A stretch of DNA of 64,000 nt from Octopus vulgaris (taxonomy: Eukaryota). How positions within the stretch are numbered: position 1 is the stretch's first letter; each line of letters opens with the position of its first letter. Positions 26,285 through 39,059 of this stretch are shown piece after piece. The notes under the pieces are model-generated. The model searched no databases and was not told where the DNA came from. It saw only the letters and a program-made list of their open reading frames with translations. The stretch spans positions 40,672,001-40,736,000 of the forward strand of contig OX597817.1 in assembly GCA_951406725.2 (NCBI GenBank). Direction: 5' to 3'. The position numbers and the translations under genes were made by a program.

Positions 26285-27905
26285 GCGGTGCCCCAGCATG
26301 GCCACAGCTCATGAGCTGAAACTAGAATCAATCAATCATATATATATATATTTATGTGTGTGTCTGTGTGTATACGTTTGTGTGTCTGTGTTTGTCCCCC
26401 CAACACTTGACAACCAGTGCTGGTGTGTTTACGTCCCCATAGCTTAGTGCTTCCGCAAAAGACATCGATAGAATAAGTACTAGGCTTACAAAGATTAAGT
26501 CCTGGGGTCGGTTTGCTCGACTAAAGGCAATGCTCCAGCATGGCCACAGTCAAATGACTGAAACAAGTAAAAGAATAAAAGAATCAACAAAAAACTTCTA
26601 GTTCTTCTTCTCTAAAAATCTAAAAATCATTAATATTGAGGCAGCACAAGAACCTTTGTCATGCATCTCATGCAGCTGCATGACATGCTAGAAATAACAG
26701 CCAAATCTCTCTCAAATCATACATTATCTTTTAAAATTAAAAGAAATTGGAACCACTGCTTCTCTACATTGAGAAGTCACACCTTGAATACTATGGCACC
26801 CCATCGGTTACAGTGAAGAGGATTCCAGTTGATCTGATCAATGGAACAGCCTTCTCATGGAATCAACATACAAGTGACTGAGCACTCCACAGACATGCTT
26901 ACCCTGAACATAGTTCTGAGGGGGATTCGGTATGACACAGAATGCGACAAGGCAGGCACTTTGAAATACAGGTATTACTCATTCTTGCCGGCTGAGTGAA
27001 CTGGGGCCGCATGAAATAAAGTGTCTTGCTCAAGGACACAATGCGCTGCCAGGAATTGAACTCATAACCTTACAACTGTGATCCAAATACTTTAACCACT
27101 AAAACATGCACCTTTGCAGTACTATGGACATGTGGTCAGAACCTCTCAGGAAAGGATCGAAGACAGATTCTTCTTTAAGCTGAGACAATGAGCAGGAGAT
27201 CTACGTAGGAATAGATCAAGAGCAAAATGGTCGGATAATATCCATAGACTCAGTTGGTTGGGCTTAGGAATCCAGCTGGAAAGTGTGATGTCAGACACTT
27301 CTGACAGGACCCTATGGAAGAGGTGCCTGAGGACTCTAACCCCCCCCCCCCCCTGCGACCCTTCCAGAAATAGCGAGTAGGTGGGGGCAATAATGCATGG
27401 ATGGATTGAAAACAGGATAATTGTTGTCATAGGGACACTGAAAATAATATTTTCAACTCTAGGCAAAAGGCCTGAAATTTTTGAGGGAAGGGAGCCAGTT
27501 GATTAGATTGACCCCAGTATGCAACAGCTATTAATTTATCAACCCCAAAAGGATGAAAGGCAAAGTTGACCTCGGTGGAATTTGAACTCAGAATGTAAAG
27601 ATAGATGAAATACCGCTAAGCATTTCGCCCAACGTACTTATGTTTCTGCCAGCTCATTGCTTTGATGCACTGAAAATAATAAGACAAGATGGTCATGGCT
27701 AAAATGCTTTTGATGATAGGTCTGTTCAACCAAGGCTAACCTGGGGCTAAACAACAACATAGGCACAGGAGTGGCTGTGTGGTAAGTAGCTTGCTTACCA
27801 ACACATCGTTCTGGGTTCAGTCCCACTGCAGAGCACCTTGGGCAAGAATCTTCTACTATAGCCTCGGCCCGACCAAGGCCTTGTGAGTGGATTTGGTGAA
27901 CTGTC

Positions 27906-27949
<44 letters not shown>

Positions 27950-28220
27950 GTGTGTGTCTGTGTGTATACGTTTGTGTGTCTGTGTTTGTCCCCCGAACAC
28001 TTGACAACCAGTGCTGGTGTGTTTACGTCCCCATAGCTTAGTGCTTCCGCAAAAGACATCGATAGAATAAGTACTAGGCTTACAAAGATTAAGTCCTGGG
28101 GTCGGTTTGCTCGACTAAAGGCAATGCTCCAGCATGGCCACAGTCAAATGACTGAAACAAGTAAAAGAATAAAAGAATCAACAAAAAACTTCTAGTTCTT
28201 CTTCTCTAAAAATCTAAAAA
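24933..28220 (+). repeat. Tandem direct duplication: 24933-26626 and 26625-28220
   Basis: Near-identical copies (about 18 differences counted by eye) containing SINEs and an RTE-like end; 2 bp aa overlap at the junction. Confidence 0.95.
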
Positions 28221-28258
28221 CTTATGTGTGAAGGTAGTTTCTCAGTTCTAATAATTAA

Positions 28259-28457
28259 CCCATTAGTGTTCAGATTACTCTGTTAAATGTAATGCTTTTT
28301 TATTTAAATTGTTTTGAATTAATCATGCATTACCTTATAGCTTTGAGGTTTCAATGATGTGATTGTTTATTTTTAGACTGCCAATGTAGGTTAGGTGTGA
28401 GAGGCTAGATATGTAGAATATATTGGGCTGGATTTGGCCAGTTTAAACACTAAAGGG
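28259..28457. mobile_element. piggyBac-like MITE
   Basis: TTAA|cccattagtgtt ... aacactaaaggg|TTAA; related copies near 21832 and 62580. Confidence 0.75.
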
Positions 28458-28669
28458 TTAAATCAAACCAACTAAAGATAGAAGAAAACAATTGGCAGTT
28501 GTTAGAGAAGGGGACAAAATGCCACATAGTTCTAACTACCAGCATTCTGAGTTCAAATCCAGTTAAGGTAAAGTTTGATAAAATGATGTAATAAACCAGG
28601 GTGGTGGATTATCAGGATTGTGATAATCCACCGTCCAACCCATGCTAGCATGGAAAGCAGAGATTAAAC

Positions 28670-28703
<34 letters not shown>

Positions 28704-30404
28704 TGAGAGTATTGGATGAGATAATCATCATTGTCGTCATCATCATCATCATTTTTATGCTAGCTTTTATTGCTGACATAGTTGGATGGTTAGACAGAAT
28801 CCTACAGGTCAGATGAGCACATTGTGTCTTAGTCTCAGCATGGTTTTTATGGCTGGCTGCCCTTCCCAATGCTAACCTCTTTATAGAGTATACCAGGTAC
28901 TTCTTTCCATGGCACCAGCACTTGTGAGGTGATCTTGTAACCAGCAAGACTAATGAGCCCTCTCAGTTGAGAGGGACTATAGATGATTGAGTGGTCACAT
29001 TTTATGAGATTCTAGTTCTTTCAATTTGGGTTTATAGGAGACAGACTTAATCTGTCACCCAGTTTAACACCACCATTTGGTTCCTGATAGACTTTAGAAT
29101 TCACTCTGTTGCAAGCATTCAATCTAGCTCTCCACGTTCAGGATAACTTTCTCCATTCCTCCAACCAATCTCAAAATAAGTAAGTACTGTCTTGAATCCT
29201 AGAACACATAAGGGTCATAATCATGCATAAGTGACTGAAATCATACCACTCCCCTTGAACAAAATGCCAGTCCTTAACAGAGTTACTCATTTACAGCTGC
29301 GTGGACTGGAGCAACATGAAATGAAGTGTTTTGCTCAAGAACACAACACAGTTTGGTCTGGGAAGTGAAGCCACAATTCTGTGATCACGAGTACAACCAA
29401 TAGGCCACACACTCCCCCCAGTCTCAGAGGCCCTAACAGAATAAATTATCATGAGAGATATCCTTTATTTTTTTATTAAAAGGTAAAAAGAAGACCCTGA
29501 GAAAATATATAAACTAGCCACAATGTTCTCTAAACAAGACGGTATCATTAACCAATGTGTAGAGAAATGTATTGAACCGATTTTTGCAGTCTTTATGTTG
29601 AAAATGATTTTTATCTTTAGGCCAGGAGACTAAGGCACATAGCCTAATGGTTTGGGTGTTGCATTCATGATCATAAAATCATGTTTCGATTCCTAGATAG
29701 GGCAGTGTATTGTCTTCTTGAATAAAACATTTCATTTTACATTGCTCCAGTGGTAAATTGTTCCAGCTGTAAATGAGTTCCAGCAATAGGTGGACGTTAA
29801 CTCTGCAATGGACCTGTGCCCCAATCAATAGAGGTGGGGGTACTGTAATCTCAATCACTTATGCTCCATAGAAACCAGGTTAAAGCTCCTGCATTACGTG
29901 TCCAAGAGCCCATAAAAGACCTTTGCTGTGATAACCCTAAGTCATGAGAAAAGGCAGTGCTTACGATCTGTTAGAGAGCCTCTGATATTGGTAGTATGGA
30001 GAGAAGGAAGTAGGAAAGTATCCTTAAAGTGGAAACCTGCTCAAATGCTTGCAGCAGAATGGACTTCACTAAAGGTGTCAGATGCCAATGTTAAACTGGG
30101 TGATGGGTAGGCTATGGTGATATTTGAACTCAGAACACAAAGAAGTGAAACAAATATTACAGAGCATATGGTCCAACATTCTTACACTTCTTCTAACCCA
30201 CCACTTTGGATTGGTAATTTTTTTGATCAACCCTGAAAGGATAAGGGGCAAAGTTGACCTTAATTGAATTTAAACTCAGAGCACAGAGAGCCCGAACAAA
30301 TATCATGAAACAGTCAGTCTGACATTTTTATGATTCTACCAAAGAAGGAGAGAAAGAAGGAGGAGGAGAGCGATATTACTATTGAGAAAGTAGTAAAGAT
30401 TCAC

Positions 30405-30552
30405 CTTCCATTATACTGGCATTGGTTTTTTCATGGCTGTAGTGTTTATCAAGTTGGAATCCATACACCAAGGAAGTAAAGTGCTCAGAGACAGTGAGAC
30501 CTTTCTCTTCAAAATCACTCTCAGCCTGGGCATCATCTATGAAAGGTGGAAC
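30405..30552 (-). CDS. Candidate internal coding exon, unknown protein
   Basis: Acceptor tatttatttcttgtag, donor AAG|gtgaat. Only frame 0 is open: VPPFIDDAQAESDFEEKGLTVSEHFTSLVYGFQLDKHYSHEKTNASIME. Confidence 0.4.
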
Positions 30553-30838
30553 CTACAAGAAATAAATAGTTGTTTGTCAGATATTTGTGGCTGCTGCTGT
30601 TGTTGTTCTTTTTGTTGATTGGCCCTGGGTCAGGCCTGATTGATTAGACCTATGTTCTGATTGAGATACCATCCCGTGTGAGTTCTGCCCATGACTCTTT
30701 CACCACTGACTTGGACTACAAAGTCACTTTCAGCACAAACATCAGCCAAGGAGACTGGATAGAAACTGACAAACCTAATGCTGGAGCCAATGATGTTTTG
30801 ATTAAAAGTATTTCTGGTTTGATCATCTCTTCTACACT

Positions 30839-30996
30839 ACATTATTTACATTATTTACATTTGACGGATATTTGTCCTCATCTTGTTTGTTGTTAACACA
30901 GAAGTGTGGACTTTTGTGGATAATTCCACACTTCTGTGTTAACAACAAACAAGATGAGGACAAATATCCATCAAAGGTAAATAATGTAAATAATGT
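30839..30996. repeat. Near-perfect inverted repeat (72 bp arms, 14 nt loop)
   Basis: gatatttgtcctcatcttgtttgttgttaacacagaagtgtgga / tccacacttctgtgttaacaacaaacaagatgaggacaaatatc. Confidence 0.95.
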
Positions 30997-31203
30997 GCAT
31001 AATTCCTCATCTCTTAAATATACAACTGTGTTATCTACACTATTTTTCAGATATAATATATCTAGGGTCACATGATCCAGTTTTCTTTCTTCCCTTTAAC
31101 ATGTCAGGGTGTGATTTGAAATAAATTTAGCTGCTATTTCTAGCCCATTAAGTGACTATGTAGAGGCTCCAATTCAATGACAGATCCTCCATGCAATTGT
31201 TTG

Positions 31204-31507
31204 TTTGTTTGTTCCTTCTCGAGCCATGCCTGGCTCATAAGGGCCGGATTCCCAGTTTCCTTGGCATATAGGTTCCCCACCTGGATGGGATGCTGGTCCA
31301 TCGCAGGTAAGCTGTAGGATGCAGGAGGAAAGAGTGAGAGAAAGTTGTAGTGAAAGAGCCAGCAGAAGTTTGCCATTACCTTCTGCTGGAGTTGTGTGGA
31401 GCTTTGGTGTTTCGCTCATAAACATACACATCGCCCGGTCTGAGATTCGAACCCGTGATCCCTCGACCACAAGTCCGCTGCTCTAACCACTAGGCCATGT
31501 GCCTCCA
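31204..31507 (-). mobile_element. tRNA-derived SINE with TSD
   Basis: tRNA-like head on the minus strand, (AAAC)n tail, tgcaattgtttg on both flanks. Confidence 0.8.
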
Positions 31508-32043
31508 ATTGCAATTGTTTGGACAACTTGAAATAGCGAACAGATTTCCCTCAAATAACATTTGGGAACAAAGAACATATTGGACAATGTACTCCAATAT
31601 ATTTAAATATAAGGGGTCGCAGATGAAATGTTGTCAATCATTAGTCTGCTTCATCAGGGTTGATCTAGGGTCTAAACAATAGCAATAACAACACTGCTGC
31701 TGTTCTTGAATATGAGAGAAAGTATTGAGTTAATGTGACAGTTTTATATAATGTAGTGCATGTTGTATATCATCATCATCATCATCATTTAATGTGCTTT
31801 TTCCATGCTGGCATGAGTCGGACGGTTTGAGAGGAGCCAATGGGTTCAAGGACTACATTGTGTTCCAGTGTTTGCTTCAACATGGTTTCTATGGCTGAAT
31901 GCCTTTCCTAATGCCAACCCCTTCTTATATATTATATACATATGTATGGATATATATATATATATATATATACTGTAAGTTTAGAGGGAATACTTGATAA
32001 GTGTAAGCACCTGTATATGCCAGATAGTGGCAGAGGTGAGAGA

Positions 32044-32376
32044 ATATATCAAACATAAATTGAAAACAGAACACGTTTTGGCGTTAGGAAGGGCATCCAG
32101 CTGTAGAAACACTGCCAGATCAGACTGGGCCTGGCGCAGACTCCCGGCTTCCCAGACCCCAGTTGAACCGTCCAACCCATGCTAGCATGGAAAACGGACG
32201 TTAAACGATGATGATGACGAACACAAAGTATATCGCGGTACACGTGCTTCAAGCTTTATAAACAATCTGTTATTACATCAGATGTATGCTGATGTAATAA
32301 CAGATTGTTTATAAAGCTTGAAACACGTATACCGCAATATTCTTTGTGTTCTGTTTTCAATTTATGTTTGATATAT
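32044..32376. repeat. Long inverted repeat with an RTE fragment (32075-32218) inserted in the left arm
   Basis: Arms pair around loop 32282-32288; TSD gaacac at 32069-32074 and 32219-32224. Confidence 0.9.
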
Positions 32377-32451
32377 ATATATATATATATATATATGGGA
32401 AAAAAATTAAAGGTAGAAAATGCTAAAATAATTTTATCATAAAAAAACATT

Positions 32452-32490
32452 TTAGTACCAGTTTCAGTCATTGAGACTTTTTCAACTCTA
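32452..32490 (-). ncRNA. Second copy of the U3-A8 hammerhead candidate
   Basis: Minus strand ag-TTGAAAA-agtc(tcaat)gact-GAAA-c-tg-GTA-ct; flanks homologous to 10745-10860. Confidence 0.5.
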
Positions 32491-33305
32491 AGTATGGAAA
32501 ACGATTAAATTTTTGAAAAATTTAAATTTTGGAAAAATTAAATGAAAAGAAGAAGAAGAATAATGAACAATGGGATTTTTTGAAGACATTTCAATCTTTA
32601 ATTTAGCCTTAAATATACACATTTACTTCCTAGAACAGATACATAGTTTAGTAGTTAGTGACCGTGAGTTTGTGGTTTCAATTCTTGGACAGGGTGCTGT
32701 GTTGTGTCCTTGAGCAAAGGACTTCATTGCACATTGCTCCAGTCCACTCAGCTCATGATGGTAAGATGTATAGGGTGAAGAGAGAAATGGAGAAACTAAA
32801 TGATGGAGGGAGAGTCAGATAGGTTCCATGATATCCTAAGTTGTAATGGAAACAATGTACAGAGAACTGAAGATGTCTACTAATATCCTGAGTAACATCT
32901 GAGGCATAGTACAGTGAAAGTGAGATGAGGAAAGAAAGGTCAGGAGATTAGTATTAGGAATGTGAGCCCTAGGGTTATGAGTAGTAGAGACATTTGTGAC
33001 AATGGCATGGATGGTTGATATGAGAGTGATAAGAGGGATGTCTGATTAGAGGAGCAAGTGAAATCTGCGTTGGAAGAATGTAAATCTATTAAGAAGGCCA
33101 AAATTGTAGCCTGTATAAAAAATATTCAAATCTGGCAACAAAATATTGAAAACTTTTAAAATGTTTCGTTTTTTTATTTGGTTTGCATGATTCTTTATGT
33201 GAATTTGTGTGTTGAAGCATATTTTATTGTGTCTGGGGAGAGTCATTCTCTTTTAGGGCCTTATTAATTTAACACACTCATTAGTGTGTTAAATTAGGTA
33301 GGTGG

Positions 33306-33528
33306 TTGCCAGTAACCACCTAACTGGCCCTCATGCCAGTGGCACATAAAAGCACCCACTACACTCTCAGAGTGGTTGGCGTTAGGAAGGGCCTCCAGCT
33401 GTAGAAACTCTGCCAGATCAGATTGGAGTCTGGTGCAGCCATCTGGTTTGCCAGACCTCAGTCAAGTCGTCCAACCCATGCTAGCATGGAAAATAGACGT
33501 TAAACGATGATGATGATGATGATGATGA
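33306..33528 (+). mobile_element. RTE 3' UTR fragment
   Basis: Family 3' UTR and GAT tail. Confidence 0.85.
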
Positions 33529-33842
33529 TTTCCACTCATTTACTTATTTATTTTTCCTAAAATTTTTTATCGTCTTGCAACCTTTTCAATGGATAAAAGC
33601 ATATCAAATAACTTATAAGATACTTCCATAATTGAATGCTTTCACTATTTGAAAGCTTTCCTCATTAAATAAACTTGATGCTGTACAATGGAATTGAACC
33701 TAGAACTATGTTATTGTGAAACAAACTTCTTAATCACACAGCTAGATCTGAGCATTTTATGTTTAATAAGTTATTTAAAAGATTAAGTTTGTGACACAGT
33801 TCACATTCCTAGTTGGAGCATTTACATATATTTAAGTGCAAG

Positions 33843-34712
33843 CAGTAAGAAGTTTACTTTCCAACTACATGGTTCTGGGTTCAGTCCCGCTGCATGGCAC
33901 CTTGGGCAAGTGTCTTGTATTATAGCCCCGGACCAACCAAAGCTTTGTGAGTGGATTTGGTAGACAGAAACATAAAGAAGCCCATCATATATGTGAAAGT
34001 GTGTGTGTGTATAAGTAAGTCTTTGTGTCTGTGTTTGTCACCTACTACCGCTTGACAACCGATGTTGGTATGTTTATGTTCCTGTAACATAGCAGTTCAG
34101 CTAAAGAGATTGCTAGAATAAGTACCAGACTTAAAAAAAAAGATCTCAAGGTCAATTTATTTGACTAAAACTCTTCAAGGTGATGCCCCAGTATGGCCAC
34201 AGTCAAATAACTGAAACAAGTAAAAGATAAAAGAAAAATATTTTACGGATAAGGTGTAGGAGTGGCTGTGTGGTAAGTAGCTAGGTTATGAACCACATGG
34301 TTCCGGGTTCAGTCCCACTGCGTGGCACCTTGGGTAGGTGTCTTCTACTATAGCCTTGGGCTGACCAAAGCCATGTGAGTGGATTTGGTAGACGGAAACT
34401 GAAAGAAGCCCGTCGTATATATGTGTGTGTATATATATATATATATATATGCATATATACATACATATATATTTATATACATATATATATGTGTGTGTGT
34501 GTGTGTGTGTCTGTTTGTGTGTCTGTGTATGTCTCCCCGACATCACTTGACAACCAATGCTGGTGTGTTTACATCCCCATAACTTAGTGGTTCGGCATAA
34601 GCGACTGATAGAATAAGTACTAGACTTACAAAGAATAAGTCCTGTGGTCGATTTGCTCGACTAAAGGCGGTGCTCCAGCATGGCTACAGTCAAATGACTG
34701 AAACAAGTAAAA
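33843..34712 (+). mobile_element. Two adjacent SINE family A copies (about 33843-34235 and 34252-34712)
   Basis: Both match 5520-5928. Confidence 0.85.
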
Positions 34713-34762
34713 CCTAAGCAACATTAAACATAAGCAAAAGAGAAATTGTCCATGGTACTTAC

Positions 34763-34977
34763 ATCCTCTTGACTCAAAAGCTGAGCTGTATTTTTGTGGC
34801 GTTTTAGAGTTTTGTCTTCTTGATACATTTTCATAATAAAAAAAAAAGGTTATATTTTTTGTATATATTTCTTAATTTTACTTTCCTGCTGCCTTAAATT
34901 TGGACATATCAGTGGTGGTCTTTATCTGAATTGTTTTTCCTCTTTTTTTTTTTTCGTGCTCACAAAATCTACTGGTG
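34763..34977 (-). CDS. Candidate exon with 5' UTR and start codon (ATG at 34834)
   Basis: Acceptor actttatctgcag, donor GAT|gtaagt. MKMYQEDKTLKRHKNTAQLLSQED ends in phase 0, in frame with the 30552 exon. Confidence 0.35.
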
Positions 34978-35729
34978 CTGCAGATAAAGTATTATATCAT
35001 ATGATACATAGTTGAATAATATGTTGATTATTCTTTATAGACAATAGGCTTGCTCCGTTCCTCACTTCTGGCAGATTTATAATCAAAGGTGTTCCAGATG
35101 TGACCATTCCATATTTTATTCAAACATAGTACAATCAGGACTGCAACATTTAGCTCTTTCATTATAATATTTCAATTGAAAAACACTTTAAATTAAATAT
35201 CTTTAAATTAATTAAGAATATAGTGAAAAATATATTAAAATGACTTTGTCATTATTTGGAACATTAGCATGAAATTTTAATGTCTAAACTATACAGGTGA
35301 CTTAGTATCAAAAGGGTTAATATGTTGTTTTTTAAGACAATCTATTGGCTGGAATTAAGAGAAATTTAGTCGTTAGGAAGATATATATAGAAGCTCCTTC
35401 ACTGAACATCATTTTGAAAATTTTTGGTGATCATAAAGCATACACTTAATGTCCAGGAATGTCACAGAAGGTCCTAATAACAATGTATTATTAAGGTGAT
35501 TAAATTCTTACATATTATTGCTTTCTTTTCTTTTTTAATGATAAATAGACTTGGATTGAAATGAGACTATGTGATTATATGTGCAAACACATGAGTACAC
35601 ACATGTGTGTGCGTATGTGTGTGTGTGTGTGTATGTGGGTGCAGATATGAATGTGATCGTGTGTGTGTGTTATGTATAAATATGAGTGGCGTCTCTCTGC
35701 CCATCTCTCTCTTTCTCTGTGTGTGTATA

Positions 35730-35765
<36 letters not shown>

Positions 35766-35969
35766 GATAGATAGATAGATAGATAGATAGACAGATAGAT
35801 AGATAGATAGATAGATAATTATGTACATAAAATTTATGAATACGATTATCATCTATCTTAATGTGTGTAAGGTGTGCATGTATAATTACGAGTATATGTA
35901 AATGTGTATATGTATTTATAATTAAGTATATTTATGTATATGTGTATGTATGTATATATATACATATAC

Positions 35970-36022
<53 letters not shown>

Positions 36023-37032
36023 TGCATATGTTTATGTATATATATATAATTGAGTATATTTGTGTTTGTTTATGTCAGTATATTATTTTCCTTTCTTGGT
36101 AATCCTGATGCACATTTTCACTCTTCTTTTTCAAACCTCCTTTTTGGCACTATGACCTGTAATCTTTTCTTCTCAAATGATTCTGATACTCATTTAAAAT
36201 TAATGGCTCAATTATTCATATAAATATATTCATGTTATATAATTCATTTTGCTTCTGTTTTGGGGGTGTTATTTCTCTTCATCAATTATAGTTTTTTTTT
36301 CTCTCTTTTGCTTTCTATTTAGTTCAAATACTACAGAACCACATTTGGGAGTTTGTTCTGTATTTAAAGCGAAAACAACCAGTCCATTTTTGATTTAAAT
36401 GCTGAACAAAAAATTGAATAAATAAACAAAAAAAAAATTCTCTGGCAGACAGTAAATGGAGATTTGGCGATTTCAAGAAGTGGTTTTACATGGTTACATA
36501 GTTCTTACATTGATTATACACAATCAGCTTTTGAAATATTCAGGCAGGTTCATACTCATATTGCATACTTATATGAACCACACACACATGTGAACACATA
36601 TCACATATACATACCTTTCACTCATATTTACATATACTCAGACACACTGACATGCACATACACATACACACACACACACATACATATATGTATACACTTA
36701 CAAATACAGACATTCATATACAAGCACATACACCTTCCCTCCTGTTGAAAGCTGAATTTGTTTGGCTTCTTTATAGTTTAGTTTATTTCTTTGTCTGGTG
36801 GTTTATATAGTATATATGCTTTGTAGTGTGTATGTGTACATGCATGTATGTAAGTCTCCAGGAGGTATTGGAGTATGTGCTGGGTTCAGACATTATACCA
36901 ATACCTTCATAAACAATTACAATGACGGTCTTCACTTGGCAACTAAGTTAAATTGATCACAAACACTTGAAAGATTCTTAGCAAGCTTGAAAAGTGAAGT
37001 CAGACTGGGTATTTTATTAGATATACAGACAG

Positions 37033-37065
<33 letters not shown>

Positions 37066-37401
37066 AACATTCATCCCCTCTTATGTGTGTGTGTGTATTC
37101 TTTTTGTGTGTATATATATATATATACTTATGTACATACAAACATGTATCTATGTTTGTATGTATGTACATGCATATATATCTGTGTGTGTATGTCATCA
37201 TCATCAGCAGCAGCAGCATTTAACATCTGCTTTCCATGCTATCATTGGTTGGACAATTTGACTGAGGACTGGTGAACCAGATGGCTGCACCAGGTTCCAA
37301 TCTGATCTGGCAGAGTTTCTACAGCTGGATGCCGTTCCTAACGCCAACCACTCCGAGAGTGTAGTGGGTGCTTTTACGTTCCACCTGCACAGGAGCCAGT
37401 T

Positions 37402-37500
<99 letters not shown>

Positions 37501-37870
37501 GCAGAGAGAGAGAGAGAGAGAGAGAGCGGAGACAGAGTGAAAGAGACTGAGATACTGAGAGCTAGACACATGTATGACTGCATGATTAAGAAGTTCACTT
37601 CCCAACCAAATGGCATCCTCAGCAAGTATCTTTTACTAAAGCCCAAGGTTAACCAAAGCCTTGTGAGTGGATGTGATATATGGGAACTGAAAGAAGCCCA
37701 TCATATATGTTTTCCAAAATGGAGACAAATAGCTTTCTCCATGTGATTGGCTTGAAAAATTGTTAAAACACTAGAATATTTTCCTACTTTTCTTAACATG
37801 AAGCCAATGGTAGCCTTAATTCACAAGTAAAGAAATTATATTCACCAATGCAGTATTGAGCACTCATTTT

Positions 37871-38680
37871 CATCATAATCATCATGGTTTAACACGTGCT
37901 TTCCATGCTGGCATGAGTTGGATGGTTTGAATGATGACTGGCAAGCCAGGAGGCTGCACCAGGCTCCAGTCTGTTCCGGCAAGGTTTCTACAGTTGGATG
38001 TCCTTCCTAAGACCAACCACTCCAAGAGTGTAGTGGGTGCTTTTTACATGCCACCAGCATGGAGGCCAGTCAGGCGGCACTGGCAATGAGCATGCTTGTG
38101 CCTTTTACATGTCACTGGCACAGGAGCCAGTCAGGCAGCACTGGCATTGACCATGCTTGAATAGTACTTTTTATGTGCCACCAGCCCCAGGAGCTGGTCA
38201 GGTGGGACTGGCATTGGCTACACTCGAATGGTGCTTTTTACATGCCACAGGCATGGGTGCCAGTCAGGCAGCACTGGGACAGGTGATGACAATGATTTCA
38301 CTTAATTCAACAGGTCTTCTCAAGCACAGCATATTGCCCGACAATTGAAGGGTACTTTAAAATGGGCCAGTTATACAGCATTGGCATCAACCGTGGATAG
38401 GACCTCACTTGGCTTGCTAGGTCTTCTCAAGCACAACATATCTCTAGAGGTCTTGGTCACTTGTCATTGTCTCTGTGAGGCCCAGCATTTGAAAGTCGTG
38501 CTTCGCTACCTCGTCCTAGGTCTTCTTTGGTCTACCTCTTCCACAAGTTCCCGCCACTGTTAGGGTGTAACACTTCTTCACACAGCTGTTCTCATCCATG
38601 TGCAACACATGATCATACTAGCAGTCATCTCTCTTGCACACCACATCTGATGCTTCTTATGTCCAACTTTTCTCTTCAGG
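37871..38680 (-). mobile_element. Degenerate RTE 3' fragment
   Basis: ORF end remnant plus modular 3' UTR. Confidence 0.8.
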
Positions 38681-38783
38681 TGATGGTGGTGGTGGTGGTG
38701 GTGGTGGTGGTTATGCCACTGCCGCTGCCGCTACTGCTGCTGCTATTATACACATTAGTATGCTTTGATGCAGTACACTTTAC

Positions 38784-38866
38784 CTGATATTTCAGATTCA
38801 GTGTTTTGACCAACATTCTACTCTTATACTTATGTTATATTATCTAAGCAGTGATCAGTCAGATTG
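38784..38866 (-). other. Candidate non-coding exon
   Basis: gtaactcattgtttacag acceptor and CAG|gtaaag donor; stops in all frames. Confidence 0.25.
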
Positions 38867-38922
38867 CTGTAAACAATGAGTTACATATTTGAATCATGAC
38901 AAAAGCAATTACTTGTATTTTG

Positions 38923-38985
38923 AATACATATGTTTCAAGTGGTTATGTAATAGGTCGTTTTGCAAATATATAGTCTCCTCAGTTG
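38923..38985 (-). ncRNA. Decayed hammerhead motif downstream of a Penelope remnant
   Basis: Minus strand CTGAGGA ... GAAA-C-ATAT-GTA with palindromic stem III; stems I and II pair poorly. Confidence 0.35.
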
Positions 38986-39059
38986 TGACAAGTAAAACCC
39001 ACAAACATATTTCTCCTCATACATTGTGAGAAGTGAAAGTGAAGCAGATTCAGAATATT

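Noticed and set aside
29964-30036. Possible extra minus-strand exon ending at gtaagc
   Set aside because: Much of the segment is a diverged inverted homologue of 29055-29165, so an old repeat, and the acceptor is weak.
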